Source: a virus (lineage: Duplodnaviria > Caudoviricetes). Taken from it: a stretch of DNA of 64,000 nucleotides. Position numbers and translations under genes: made by a program. How positions within the stretch are numbered: position 1 is the first letter of the stretch; every line of letters begins with the position of its first letter. Shown here piece by piece: positions 47,865-57,695 of the stretch. The DNA is taken from positions 128,001 through 192,000 of the IMG/VR virus record IMGVR_UViG_3300005076_000002. One strand, written 5' to 3'. The notes beneath the pieces were generated by a model. It was given only the letters and a program-made list of their open reading frames with translations, did not search any database and had not been told where the DNA came from.

Positions 47865-49025
47865 ATGAGTCTAGCCTTACGTGAGCAAAACGCTTGGAAC
47901 GAAGTATTTCGTTTTGTAGCTAAATCCAACCCGGCAATCGGGGATGACCCGACTAAATGGCGTCCTATTAAAATAGAGAAGAATGCTACAGACCCGATGG
48001 CTTTGAAGCTCGTCATTGCGTCTACGCAACCTGATATAGTTTCTGGTTATCTGACCGTGGACTATAAAGCAGCTGACCTAGGTAAACTGGTTAACGTCTT
48101 TGGTGACGTGACCAAACCCCCGGTGGTCAAATTCTGGTCTGACGCTGGAGCCTCGCGCAAGCTTTCTGATATTGTCAATATCATGAATAATGCGTTAGGT
48201 TTACAGCTCACCCTGTCTGGACTGTATGCTGACCTGGAAGACCAGACGTTTACAGTACCAGCTAAGAACGACAGCGTCGTTTTGACTCTTACCCCGAAGG
48301 CTATCCCAGTGGGCGGGAGTTCTATTATGCCGCTGCGATTGGCCGGTTCTAAGAAAGCAGTCATTGAGGTGTTTAACCGCGGTAGTCATATCGGCACCGC
48401 CATGGCTAAGCACGCAGCTAATCCGTTTAAGACAGACGCGGGTGAATTGGTTTGGAGCGGCGAAACTCAAATGGTCGATAATCCCACCATGAGTTGGCTG
48501 CCGTTACTTGCACAGCTGGACTTCACCGATCTATTTGGCACGCCGCAATTGCTTAACGGCGCCTTTAACGCTGGAAACCGCGACTACGGTTCTGGCGGTT
48601 GGGCAGCGGTAATGAACGATGAAACACGCGCTATCGTCAATGCTCGTCTTGCTTCTGTAGGTATCCCACCTATCACCCGCCCGACAGGCGTCGTCGACTC
48701 TGTCACTGCATATAAGAACATGATCGTGTCCGCCTCGTCAATGACCAACCCATCGTCTAACGACACAGGTACGTTCGTAAATCTGACCAAGACCTTCCTG
48801 GGTCGCCACTTCTCCTACTTTGCTATCCCAGGCGATCGTGGCGGTGCATTGCCTGCTTGGATTAAAAACAACGTCAAGAAGAAATACGCCATTCGTATCC
48901 ATCCGCCAGGAACCACATTTAATAACGGCTGGGATGGTATGATTGTAGACTACAACGTTGCTGACGATAAGAAGCCGATGAACAAACGCCCGCTGTATTT
49001 GTTCTTTGATGATCTAATTGTGTGA
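47865..49025 (+). CDS. variable tail-protein paralog 7
   Basis: YKAADLGKLVNVFGDVTKPP, NNALG, FTVPAK, NPFKTDAGELVW, LDFTDLFG; ends PLYLFFD (start could be 47835). Confidence 0.8.
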   Translation: MSLALREQNAWNEVFRFVAKSNPAIGDDPTKWRPIKIEKNATDPMALKLVIASTQPDIVSGYLTVDYKAADLGKLVNVFGDVTKPPVVKFWSDAGASRKLSDIVNIMNNALGLQLTLSGLYADLEDQTFTVPAKNDSVVLTLTPKAIPVGGSSIMPLRLAGSKKAVIEVFNRGSHIGTAMAKHAANPFKTDAGELVWSGETQMVDNPTMSWLPLLAQLDFTDLFGTPQLLNGAFNAGNRDYGSGGWAAVMNDETRAIVNARLASVGIPPITRPTGVVDSVTAYKNMIVSASSMTNPSSNDTGTFVNLTKTFLGRHFSYFAIPGDRGGALPAWIKNNVKKKYAIRIHPPGTTFNNGWDGMIVDYNVADDKKPMNKRPLYLFFDDLIV

Positions 49026-49033
49026 GGTGATAT

Positions 49034-50203
49034 ATGGGACTAGCACTAGACGGTAATAATGCGTGGGAGGAGGTATTCTCCCTATTTAAAAAGCAGAACC
49101 CTGAGCTGGCTAACGCCAGCTATATGGATTACAACCCGGCGCTGATTAAACAAGACCCCAATAATCCGTCACGGGTACTCCTGGTAATCACGTCCAAGAA
49201 TCCTGCGGTGGTTAAAGGGAGTATCGTGGTCAGCTATGAACGGGCGGATTTGGTGAAACTGTTCAATAAGTTTGCCGATGACTCCAAGATCCCTGTAATT
49301 TCACTAAGTCTCAATCCCGGCACTTCATATAAGCTCAGTGAGTTTATAGACATACTTAATGCATCGCTGGGTACTGCGCTAAAGGTAAAGGGTAGTAGTG
49401 GCTATTACGACATCGTAGATGCTAATTTCACTGCTCCTGCTAAAGGTGCTACGGTTACCGTTTCTGTAGCTACCGATGCAATCCCTACCGACGGTGCCTT
49501 TATTGCGATGCCGCTGCGAGTAAGTAACGCGAGTACCGGAAAAATTAAAATTGCCAACCGAGGAGTAACCGTAGATAAATTAGCGACAGTTCGTAGTATC
49601 AACCCGTTTGTACGGGATGATGGCAATCTTAACGCTGGTACTGAGCCTATCAGTGTGGCCAACCCCACTGCCTCCGTACTACTGCGTCTGTACAACATGG
49701 ACTTCACTGAACTGTTTGGTACTGTAGCACTGTTTAACTCGAGATTCCGTACCGTGCCTGGCAGTAGCTATAATGGGCCGGCACAGCTGAGGCCGGAAAC
49801 CATTAAACTCATCAATGAGAAGTTCGCCCTTGAAGGTGTCCCGCTCATTGATGTGAATCGTCCGACAAATTCCGTCGACATTGTACCGAGCGATGCATAC
49901 TATTCCTGGGCCATTGAAACGATGGAACTGACCTCTTATTACGACAGGTATCGTAAGTCGTATATGGGTCTTACCGCCGCACCGTTCCTGGGTATGAATG
50001 GCTACGGCACGCCTAATGCAGGTGACCGAAAGGGCGTAGCTCCTGCGCACATCAACAAGGCATTTAAATACTACGTTCGTTTGTCGCCGCTCGGCAGCAC
50101 TATCGATTCGTACACCAAGATGCCGTACGATAATAACAAGGCACATGATATGTTGCCTGTTAATCAGCGTCCGCTATACCTGTTCTTCAACGACCTCATG
50201 TAA
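49034..50203 (+). CDS. variable tail-protein paralog 8
   Basis: YERADLVKLFNKFAD, FTAPAK, RSINPFVRDDGNLN, LYNMDFTELFG; ends PLYLFFN. Confidence 0.8.
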   Translation: MGLALDGNNAWEEVFSLFKKQNPELANASYMDYNPALIKQDPNNPSRVLLVITSKNPAVVKGSIVVSYERADLVKLFNKFADDSKIPVISLSLNPGTSYKLSEFIDILNASLGTALKVKGSSGYYDIVDANFTAPAKGATVTVSVATDAIPTDGAFIAMPLRVSNASTGKIKIANRGVTVDKLATVRSINPFVRDDGNLNAGTEPISVANPTASVLLRLYNMDFTELFGTVALFNSRFRTVPGSSYNGPAQLRPETIKLINEKFALEGVPLIDVNRPTNSVDIVPSDAYYSWAIETMELTSYYDRYRKSYMGLTAAPFLGMNGYGTPNAGDRKGVAPAHINKAFKYYVRLSPLGSTIDSYTKMPYDNNKAHDMLPVNQRPLYLFFNDLM

Positions 50204-50217
50204 CATAAAGACTAAGC

Positions 50218-50250
50218 GGCTAGGGGCGAAAGCCCCTAGCCCTTATCTTA
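50218..50250 (+). terminator. hairpin/terminator (CTAGGGG family)
   Basis: GGCTAGGGGC-GAAA-GCCCCTAGCC; weak T tail. Confidence 0.7.
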
Positions 50251-50309
50251 TTTATTTACAGGTATATCTTATCTATGTGGTAATAACCAAGTAATCTTAA
50301 GGAGTAAAC

Positions 50310-51059
50310 ATGCATATCAAACGTAATAGTGATTTCACCGCCATTTATGCACAAGGATTGGAGATGGCACAAGCCGTTCCAGCTGAAGTCTGGAATGGTC
50401 ACGTAGATGCCCAGTATTCTACCGTTCACCGCATTCTAGAAGCAGTAAGTGGTGGTGAGTACGATACGGCAGTGATTCTTAACGAAGCACACGAACTGAC
50501 CAACATTATCAATAACATGCGCAACACTGGACGAGATAACTCCTACAAGCGCGCAGTACAGGCCGAGACTCAACAGATGACCATCGCTCGTTTGTTAGTT
50601 ATCGGCCTCTATACCTTTTATGACTCAACTTTCGTGGCTGAGCTGCATCAGGTAGACCGTAACCGCTATATCCATGCGGTACGTGCCATGATGGCTAACT
50701 ATGCTGCCGGGATGATCATCCGTGTAGGTAGCCGTGAGGACTGCGTCGGTATCCCTACCTGGAGTTTTGTTCGTACCCAACTCGGACGTTACAGTCGGAT
50801 GTTCTACCCATCCCTTCACACCAACAGCCCCTGGTCTCATTTCAAGATGTTTATTGCAGTAGAAGGCAATGATCTGTTTGAACGGACTGCCGTCTGGAAT
50901 GACGATACCATCTACATGAAGGCGCTCATCTTCACTCGTGTCTACGAATACTTCGATCGGGTAGATCTCATCTCCAAAGATACTGTAATCCAGGTTACGG
51001 CCGCTGTGTTCCGTGACGAGCGCCAAACGCTGCTCGACTGTCTCGAGGTTAATGCATAA
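50310..51059 (+). CDS. hypothetical protein
   Basis: AAGGAG RBS; promoter-like motif at about 50255-50279. Confidence 0.75.
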   Translation: MHIKRNSDFTAIYAQGLEMAQAVPAEVWNGHVDAQYSTVHRILEAVSGGEYDTAVILNEAHELTNIINNMRNTGRDNSYKRAVQAETQQMTIARLLVIGLYTFYDSTFVAELHQVDRNRYIHAVRAMMANYAAGMIIRVGSREDCVGIPTWSFVRTQLGRYSRMFYPSLHTNSPWSHFKMFIAVEGNDLFERTAVWNDDTIYMKALIFTRVYEYFDRVDLISKDTVIQVTAAVFRDERQTLLDCLEVNA

Positions 51060-51433
51060 TGTCTACCGCTAAAAAGATCGATCTGATAAGAGCGATAGCG
51101 CAGTCCTATGTCGCTACCCTTGAGCCGCAAAACATCGCCATCTATGGCAGTGATGTGGCTTATTGTACCTGGGACGTTATCAATACTGGCGAGACTTCTC
51201 GTAGTGTTGTGTTCGTCCATAACGGTACTAGCTGGCATAAGGCCGGTAACGGTAACCAGACCCTGTGTGCTATTGCATACTTTCAGTTGGGTTGCCGTGG
51301 TTGGGATTACGAGACATTCAATCGTAAGACTGGCCTATGTCTGGATGTGGTTACCCGCAGGGTAGTAGAAGATGAGATCGCAAGGACGAGAGAAGCGGCT
51401 ATTAAACGCACCGCACTGCTGGAGGATTTATGA
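51059..51433 (+). CDS. hypothetical protein
   Basis: TAATG coupling. Confidence 0.7.
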   Translation: MSTAKKIDLIRAIAQSYVATLEPQNIAIYGSDVAYCTWDVINTGETSRSVVFVHNGTSWHKAGNGNQTLCAIAYFQLGCRGWDYETFNRKTGLCLDVVTRRVVEDEIARTREAAIKRTALLEDL

Positions 51434-51774
51434 ATCCGGCTTATCAGGAAGTGACATTAGACATTGTTAAGGAAGTAAGTGCCTGCACTAAATCGACACT
51501 GAAGAATGCATTCGGCGCCATCGGAAAGGGTATGCGTGTACTAGCCACTGCCATGCAGTACAGTCACGATTTCACGTACGGGAGTCGACGTGTTTATGGT
51601 AAACGCGGTAAGCATCGTAAGGGTACTTATATCCCAGCTACTCTCAAAGGTCGCTATGACGCCGGTAGTGTCGCTAAGGCCATTTGCGAGATCGAAACCG
51701 TCGTATCGCCGAAGGACTGGAACCGTCGTGATCTTCTCATTCATCTCAAACGGGGTACCGAATGCTCGAACTGA
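51430..51774 (+). CDS. hypothetical protein
   Basis: GGAGG RBS, ATGA overlap. Confidence 0.7.
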   Translation: MNPAYQEVTLDIVKEVSACTKSTLKNAFGAIGKGMRVLATAMQYSHDFTYGSRRVYGKRGKHRKGTYIPATLKGRYDAGSVAKAICEIETVVSPKDWNRRDLLIHLKRGTECSN

Positions 51775-51929
51775 TCATGTTGCCGACCATTGTGGTCGGC
51801 ATTGCCATTTATGTGACCTGGATTGAGGTCAAAAACAACCGTCCTTTTAAATGGGCTTTCATAGACGGCTTAGCGAGCGGGACAGCGCTAAGCGTGATCT
51901 ACTACTGTATCCAAGCAGGCAGCATATGA
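51762..51929 (+). CDS. small two-TM membrane protein (55 aa; not in ORF track)
   Basis: MLELIMLPTIVVGIAIYVTW...; its stop overlaps the next ATG. Confidence 0.55.
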   Translation: MLELIMLPTIVVGIAIYVTWIEVKNNRPFKWAFIDGLASGTALSVIYYCIQAGSI

Positions 51930-52111
51930 TACGGAAAATCTATGATAAGCTGACGTCTTATTCCCCGCAATTGAGGGTGGGTATTCTGTGTCTGGTTCAG
52001 GTGGTTATGCCGGAGTCGTTATTTATGGCATCGCTAATACTCTCGGCACAGATTGTGATTCTCATCAATTTCATAAGGAATCATTACCGTGAGCGTCGTT
52101 CAGAGGATTGA
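51926..52111 (+). CDS. small membrane protein
   Basis: MIRKIYDKL... with hydrophobic stretches; ATGA overlap. Confidence 0.55.
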   Translation: MIRKIYDKLTSYSPQLRVGILCLVQVVMPESLFMASLILSAQIVILINFIRNHYRERRSED

Positions 52112-52520
52112 AGCGGAATACACGCCTCTGTGTCTTACTTACATCAAAGATGACTTAGAATTAGTCATTGAGTTCAATGGTGACCGCCATCGAGTGATCT
52201 ACATCGCTATAGACGATAAACATATCGGTATCGTCTCTAGGGACGACGTAGAGCTCCTCGGGGTCTTTGACCGACTCAAGGTACCGACTAGGATGTCGAA
52301 CACGCCACCGCACGTTATATTCAGCGGTTCAACGCCTAAGGAGTTGGTCATCGGCCATTCGTCAGCAGAGATGGAAGCTGCTGGGCTGCTTTGTAGTTTA
52401 TTGCTTATGGAGATTGGCGTCAGTAAAACACTGCCGAAAGTCTCAGTCGAACGTGTACTGGATAAAATCCCGTCACTTACCCACGGTCCATGGACCTATC
52501 GTACCTCGGAGATAAAATGA
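52089..52520 (+). CDS. hypothetical protein
   Basis: AAGGA RBS, GTG start. Confidence 0.65.
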   Translation: MSVVQRIEAEYTPLCLTYIKDDLELVIEFNGDRHRVIYIAIDDKHIGIVSRDDVELLGVFDRLKVPTRMSNTPPHVIFSGSTPKELVIGHSSAEMEAAGLLCSLLLMEIGVSKTLPKVSVERVLDKIPSLTHGPWTYRTSEIK

Positions 52521-52912
52521 ACCTGCTCGAAGAACTTTGTAATTTGAAAGAAGTTACCTACCTCCTTAGCAACAGCGATGTAGATGAACTGCCGATGCCT
52601 GGGGTAGGGGAGACCTGCCTACTGGGCTGTCCGGGATTAGGTATCCTGGTCGTATACCTCATGGAAGGGGATCAGTTTGAATATGGGTTTGCACCTATTG
52701 ACAAACTGCCAGAGATCCGTGCTGATCTGATCCAATCGCCCTTTGCACCCTACCTGCGTAAGGTAGAAGCCAAAGAGTGGTTCGAGCGTGTAGACTTCGC
52801 TCGCTTTGAAGACTACACGACCTTCAAAGACCCCAAAGTGGTGGAATCCATTATTGGTTTCTTCCTCGAGTCTGTAGAAGCTGCTATTGGCGATCAGAAG
52901 CCCGCAGTTTAA
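52517..52912 (+). CDS. hypothetical protein
   Basis: GGAG RBS before MNLLEEL; ATGA overlap. Confidence 0.7.
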   Translation: MNLLEELCNLKEVTYLLSNSDVDELPMPGVGETCLLGCPGLGILVVYLMEGDQFEYGFAPIDKLPEIRADLIQSPFAPYLRKVEAKEWFERVDFARFEDYTTFKDPKVVESIIGFFLESVEAAIGDQKPAV

Positions 52913-52933
52913 TCGTAATCGTTTGGCAGGGGG

Positions 52934-53254
52934 ATGGTACCCTCTGCCCTTTATGGAGTCGCTATGACCTTCCAGTCTCATACCAAAGCACGTGCCGGCG
53001 TTATCATCGCAGTAGACCTCATCAAACGCCCTAAGCGCTACCCTGTAGCTCGTCTGACCATAGACACTGCCAAAGACATCCGTAAGTTTAACGTTCCCGT
53101 CCTAGGCCGCTATATGCCACAGGTAGGACAATGGATCTATACTCGAGGTATCTCGGTAGATATCATGTTCGTAGACCCTAAACATTACGAGCCTACTACT
53201 ATTCCCTTTACCCGAGCTTCTGCTATTACGTACATCAAGAAAGAGCCGGTTTAA
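52934..53254 (+). CDS. hypothetical protein (start may be 52964)
   Basis: ORF; GGAG RBS before MTFQSH. Confidence 0.6.
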   Translation: MVPSALYGVAMTFQSHTKARAGVIIAVDLIKRPKRYPVARLTIDTAKDIRKFNVPVLGRYMPQVGQWIYTRGISVDIMFVDPKHYEPTTIPFTRASAITYIKKEPV

Positions 53255-53396
53255 TTTTACAGCATTCACTATCTTGTGAACGGCCCAAACAGTAAAGGCT
53301 TTTTATTTCTTAAAGCTAATCTAGTATTTGCAGTAGTCTTTAGTCTTATAGAGAGGTGGGGTATTAACCCCGCTACCTTATATCTTAGGAGAAGCT

Positions 53397-53903
53397 ATGA
53401 AGCTTAATATGAAATCAAAACCGCTGGATGTCTCCATACTGAAAAAGAATAGTGAGTTCGTAGAGCAGTTCCTCGCCCGCAAGCAGATAGGTCGTGGTAA
53501 GTCTAATCTGGGACTGATGTTCCCCAGACAGAACACCTTCGACTTCCTTTCGGAAATGGCTATTGAGTTATTCGATCAAAACCCGAGCTACTATCTTGGC
53601 TACCCTCTGGGGTCTCCACTGCGTAACCCGCCGGTAGTTGAATCGGCGGTATACGGACGGTGTCGTTCGGTTATGGCCGATCCTGACTCAGTAAAAGTAT
53701 TCGACGAACATATGGCGCGGTTAGACCGTCGTCGTTATATCGGTACTGCGTTTCCCAAACGTTTCAATGCCCAGCGGCATCGCCTCCCCGGTAAGCTCTA
53801 TACAGCCGATGTCGCTTATTTTGTACTGACTGGTAATTCTATTGATGACGTCACTACGATGTCCCAAATCCAATCTAAGGCCGTCAAGGCGTGGGAGTGT
53901 TAA
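53397..53903 (+). CDS. hypothetical protein
   Basis: AGGAG RBS. Confidence 0.7.
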   Translation: MKLNMKSKPLDVSILKKNSEFVEQFLARKQIGRGKSNLGLMFPRQNTFDFLSEMAIELFDQNPSYYLGYPLGSPLRNPPVVESAVYGRCRSVMADPDSVKVFDEHMARLDRRRYIGTAFPKRFNAQRHRLPGKLYTADVAYFVLTGNSIDDVTTMSQIQSKAVKAWEC

Positions 53904-53904
53904 A

Positions 53905-54015
53905 ATGAAGATCGTATTGTCTGGTTTGCTTGGCCTCGTTATGTTCGGACTGATGGCCTACGGCCTGGTCTGCCTTATCCAGAAATTCACCGGGGGTAAA
54001 AAGAATGATAAGTGA
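53905..54015 (+). CDS. small membrane protein (36 aa; not in ORF track)
   Basis: GGGAG RBS; MKIVLSGLLGLVMFGLMAYGLVCLIQKFTGGKKNDK. Confidence 0.6.
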   Translation: MKIVLSGLLGLVMFGLMAYGLVCLIQKFTGGKKNDK

Positions 54016-54409
54016 ACGCAGCCTCAAGGTCACCGTAGTCGTCACAACGCTCGCGCTTTTCTGTGCGATAGTTTACGCGTGGTATCTGATTACCGCGCAT
54101 AACCTTCCCACGGCGATGGGTACGTGTTTGATAGTCGTGATGGTCAGTATGTACGTCATGGGCCTGACCTTCGATCGTTACCGCCGGGGTCTGTATAGCG
54201 AAGCTATGCGTCTCTATAAAGCGGAGCATGCACGGGCCGAGGACTACATTGCTAGAATCCACGTCCGCGATATTACCATCCGCCTCCAAACCGAGCAAAT
54301 AGAGCAATATCGCGAGGCAGAAAGGCAAGCCGCTGAACAGGCAGTCGAGATCGACCGACGTCTAAACGCAATCATTGACAATCTCCATCGTATCGGAAGT
54401 CATAAATGA
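54005..54409 (+). CDS. two-TM plus coiled-coil membrane protein
   Basis: Two hydrophobic helices then a charged helical tail. Confidence 0.7.
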   Translation: MISERSLKVTVVVTTLALFCAIVYAWYLITAHNLPTAMGTCLIVVMVSMYVMGLTFDRYRRGLYSEAMRLYKAEHARAEDYIARIHVRDITIRLQTEQIEQYREAERQAAEQAVEIDRRLNAIIDNLHRIGSHK

Positions 54410-54813
54410 AAAATAATTTGTTTTATATCATCATCGCACTGTTCAGTTTCGGCTGCTGGGCTTTGGCAGTTTCCGAGGCGGTAAAGTTGGGCAATGACGG
54501 TGCCCTGATCCTTCCAGCGTTTATGGGTACTGCTGGTATGATGTTGTTGTTCACCTGGCTGGTAGGTAGCTATCGAAGGATCATCATCGACGCCAATACC
54601 ACCAATCGCGGTTTGCTGGCACAAAACAAACGGCTGGCTGCTGATCTATCAATGCATGCCGAAATGAACCGGACCCTGTCAGAGCAGAACCATAACCTTA
54701 CCAACGAAATGCTGACTAAGGTTGCGGCTATGCAACAGACGGTCGATATGTACGAAAAGAGCCTGCATGATCAAATTGAAAAACTGAACGCGGTCGTCCC
54801 TGAGGAGAAATAA
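54406..54813 (+). CDS. two-TM plus coiled-coil membrane protein
   Basis: Same architecture; ATGA overlap. Confidence 0.7.
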   Translation: MKNNLFYIIIALFSFGCWALAVSEAVKLGNDGALILPAFMGTAGMMLLFTWLVGSYRRIIIDANTTNRGLLAQNKRLAADLSMHAEMNRTLSEQNHNLTNEMLTKVAAMQQTVDMYEKSLHDQIEKLNAVVPEEK

Positions 54814-55490
54814 TGTCGTTAGAAGCTGTTATGTTCATCGCCATCAGTGCCGCCTTTATTGTAGGTTTACTGTTGGGTAATGCCGGTAAGCGCGATCTTC
54901 GCAAAACCGCACAGAAGCTCACCGAAAAGTTGGGGGCGGTCAATATTGCTTATGATGAGCAAATGCGCCGTGCCAACCGTAATGGTAGCGATGTGCAACG
55001 CCTCACCAGTGAACTGGAACATGTGAAGAGTAGGGTAGACTACTCCGACCGACTGATAGTGAGGCTCAAGGCATTCCTTAAAGAATCCGGTGCAGTGCTG
55101 GCCGAACCCTACGGTACGATCGAAGCTGGCGATAGCGACTACAAAATCGAGATCAAGCGCACTCTGTTGCCGGAGGCTGACCGGCCCAAGATGCGTCAGG
55201 CAACCGTGTTCATGCCTGAGCGACTCCAACAGCCCAAACCTCGTCCGGTAATGGGCCATAGTCATCAACAGCACCAACGTGCAGAAGCAGCCAGGACGAC
55301 CAGCCGGGTTCATCACACCCACAGCGAGCCCGATACCCTGGCGCAAAGTATCGTACATGCCACAGTGATCAACACGATGCTGTCCTCTGAGCCGACCCGT
55401 AGCGCTCCTGAGCCAGTACGTTGTGATCCATCGCCTAGCTATGGCAACGATTCCGACAGCGGTAGTTGTTCCTCACCGTCTTTTGATTAA
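54813..55490 (+). CDS. single-TM plus coiled-coil protein with Ser/Asp-rich tail
   Basis: TM at residues 5-22; heptad region; tail SYGNDSDSGSCSSPSFD. Confidence 0.75.
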   Translation: MSLEAVMFIAISAAFIVGLLLGNAGKRDLRKTAQKLTEKLGAVNIAYDEQMRRANRNGSDVQRLTSELEHVKSRVDYSDRLIVRLKAFLKESGAVLAEPYGTIEAGDSDYKIEIKRTLLPEADRPKMRQATVFMPERLQQPKPRPVMGHSHQQHQRAEAARTTSRVHHTHSEPDTLAQSIVHATVINTMLSSEPTRSAPEPVRCDPSPSYGNDSDSGSCSSPSFD

Positions 55491-55499
55491 GGGGAGTCT

Positions 55500-55823
55500 A
55501 TGTTTGTAGATAAGGAACAATTGCACGGCAGTGCAGTCATGGCAGGCTGGGCCGGTAACTGGCCGCTGGTGCAGTTGCGCTGGGGTTCTATCAGTATGGA
55601 ACTGCCTCACTCGAACGGCATGAGTTACAAGACCACACTCTACCAGGCCCTGTCAACTTGTAGTGATGGTCCGGTTGCGCCAGTTAACGTCCTCGATGCT
55701 GTCGGTCAACGCCTTACCATGGCTTATAACGTTTTGGCCAAAGTAGACGATGCACTACTTACCAAGATGTTACAGCTCCCACCTGACGTTGTAGTTACGA
55801 GACTGCACGAAGCGTTTAAATAA
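55500..55823 (+). CDS. hypothetical protein
   Basis: GGGGAG RBS; terminator at 55827-55845 follows. Confidence 0.7.
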   Translation: MFVDKEQLHGSAVMAGWAGNWPLVQLRWGSISMELPHSNGMSYKTTLYQALSTCSDGPVAPVNVLDAVGQRLTMAYNVLAKVDDALLTKMLQLPPDVVVTRLHEAFK

Positions 55824-55898
55824 CAGTAGGGGCTACATGCCCCTATTTTTTTATATGGCTGTCTATCCTTTAGATCTATCCATGCACTAGGAGCAAAC

Positions 55899-56648
55899 GT
55901 GGAAACTATCAACAGTAAACTGCCGGCTACCGTTGGCATCAACAATGTAGTAAAGGGCGTCTACGAGTTTGACGTAGATATTCTGCATACCGAAGTTGTG
56001 GGATTCGGCGGCACTTACCACATGACGTATCGGGCAATGACCAACGGCAAGCAAAAGCTGTTCCTGCGCATCGGCAATACGTACATGCCTGAAAGCTATC
56101 GCCGTGGAACCCATATTCCTGAATTTGTGCTGGGTGACTTCACCAAGGTCTGGATGGATGACAGGACCGTAAAAGGTACTGTGGTCATTCGTCCTTACCA
56201 CCATGCGCTCTTTGACGAGCTCGTCGATGTTTTGGGCGGCGTAATGGTATTGGGCGTATGTTCGATGGCGGAGAACATCGGTTATGGCAGGAGTTCTACC
56301 CGGATCATTCAGGACTTTTTAGGCGCACAGATACTCGACCCTGTCGGATACAGCCTCATGGATCCACCGAGCGACGATGCGCATGAGATCCACCATATCG
56401 GGTTAAAGTCAATGCCTGGTACTGCCGAATACATCAAGTTCTGTGCTGACTCTATCGCCGTAGAACCGTATGTACCGCCGGTCAAGCAAGAGCAACCCTC
56501 GCCCCCGCACTATGGCGCCGAAATGGTTCCTACCCTGAAGGCAATGGAACCGCAATCGCTGGCTGAGTTTGTCGCGGCTGCGCCGGATCCGTTGGCCGAT
56601 GTTTGCTTGGATAAAGAGATCAAACTGGAGGTCGAAAATGGAGCTTAA
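55899..56648 (+). CDS. hypothetical protein
   Basis: AGGAG RBS, GTG start. Confidence 0.75.
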   Translation: METINSKLPATVGINNVVKGVYEFDVDILHTEVVGFGGTYHMTYRAMTNGKQKLFLRIGNTYMPESYRRGTHIPEFVLGDFTKVWMDDRTVKGTVVIRPYHHALFDELVDVLGGVMVLGVCSMAENIGYGRSSTRIIQDFLGAQILDPVGYSLMDPPSDDAHEIHHIGLKSMPGTAEYIKFCADSIAVEPYVPPVKQEQPSPPHYGAEMVPTLKAMEPQSLAEFVAAAPDPLADVCLDKEIKLEVENGA

Positions 56649-56994
56649 ACTCCCCTTTGCTCCGACCCCTTTCATCAAGCCATCGACATCTCCTGCCATC
56701 TACCAGATGCGCTGCAAAGTGTATACGCTGGTCAAGCGTTATGAGAAATGCATCCTGCGTTTTCAGACGATGGTGGAAGAAAAGCACGTCTACGAGTTTG
56801 CCAGCATTCTCCAGGGCTATCCGTTTGTAACTCCGTCCGGCAAGTTCGTCTGGAGTGACCCGGTAAAGGCTGCCGTGACACAGGCGGTTAATCCCAACGA
56901 CGTCGATGTCATTGGTGCGATTGAAAGCATCAAAGAAGGTACTGTAATTGAAGTGACGTTTGTAAGGAAGGAACTGGATGGGCAATCTGGTTGA
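56638..56994 (+). CDS. hypothetical protein
   Basis: GGAGG RBS before MELKLPF. Confidence 0.7.
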   Translation: MELKLPFAPTPFIKPSTSPAIYQMRCKVYTLVKRYEKCILRFQTMVEEKHVYEFASILQGYPFVTPSGKFVWSDPVKAAVTQAVNPNDVDVIGAIESIKEGTVIEVTFVRKELDGQSG

Positions 56995-57124
56995 GAAGGA
57001 TATTATCTATATCCTCTGCGGTCTTCTGGTAGGGTTTTCTGTAGTGGTTGCCGCTGGCTTGGTACTGTGGGAAACCTTTGTTAATCGTAAGCGTCCTTCT
57101 AAACGCCATTGGCGTGAAGGTTAA
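56978..57124 (+). CDS. small single-TM protein (48 aa; not in ORF track)
   Basis: AAGGA RBS; MGNLVEKDIIYILCGLLVGFSVVVAAGLVLWETF, basic tail. Confidence 0.6.
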   Translation: MGNLVEKDIIYILCGLLVGFSVVVAAGLVLWETFVNRKRPSKRHWREG

Positions 57125-57170
57125 TTACTAGGGGCCTTAGAGCCCCTAGCTTTTTATGCAAGGAGTTAAT

Positions 57171-57452
57171 GTGGAGAAGTATGTAATCATTGCCTTGGTT
57201 TTGCTATGCGTGGGACTGGGGGTATATGCTGCTGGGTTACAGCGCCGACTGGCTAAAGAAAAAGAAAACGTCCGACGCCTTAAAACACAAAAGGAACTTT
57301 TAAAGCACGACCTGGATCATAAGGAACTATTCTTTGGCCTTATGGAGACAAGACATTCCGAACGAGCTCGGGAGATAACGGTACTGACCCAACAGTTGCG
57401 CATCGCTAATATACGCCTGGCACGAGTACGTAATCGTCTTCGTACTAAATAA
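57171..57452 (+). CDS. single-TM plus coiled-coil protein
   Basis: AAGGAG RBS then GTG; TM then basic coiled coil. Confidence 0.7.
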   Translation: MEKYVIIALVLLCVGLGVYAAGLQRRLAKEKENVRRLKTQKELLKHDLDHKELFFGLMETRHSERAREITVLTQQLRIANIRLARVRNRLRTK

Positions 57453-57465
57453 GCCATAGTTTGAA

Positions 57466-57498
57466 TAAAAATCATTTCAGGCATATATCATCTAGGTG
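57466..57498 (+). promoter_or_regulatory. putative early promoter
   Basis: AAAAATCATTTCAGGCATATATCATCTAGGTG. Confidence 0.6.
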
Positions 57499-57530
57499 GA
57501 GTTCTTCATAAAACATTCATGGAGTTGAAT

Positions 57531-57695
57531 ATGACACCTAACATTGTAATGCTGATGATTATTGTAGTTCTGGTACTGGCTAACCTGTGGCAGCGTCATG
57601 ATCGTAAAGCGCTGAAATCTGAAGTGGTGAAAACCAAATCAGAGCTGACGCATCGTATCAAGATCATTCGTAAGCTGCGCCTTGGGCACAGCTAA
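57531..57695 (+). CDS. small single-TM plus basic helix protein (54 aa; not in ORF track), monocistronic
   Basis: GGAG RBS; MTPNIVMLMIIVVLVLANLWQRH...; own promoter motif and terminator at 57701-57719. Confidence 0.65.
   Translation: MTPNIVMLMIIVVLVLANLWQRHDRKALKSEVVKTKSELTHRIKIIRKLRLGHS

Noticed and set aside
53255-53396. ncRNA in the AT-rich gap with hairpin AGGTGGGG-TATTAA-CCCCGCTACCT
   Set aside because: Only one imperfect hairpin directly before an RBS; more simply a 5' UTR or attenuator
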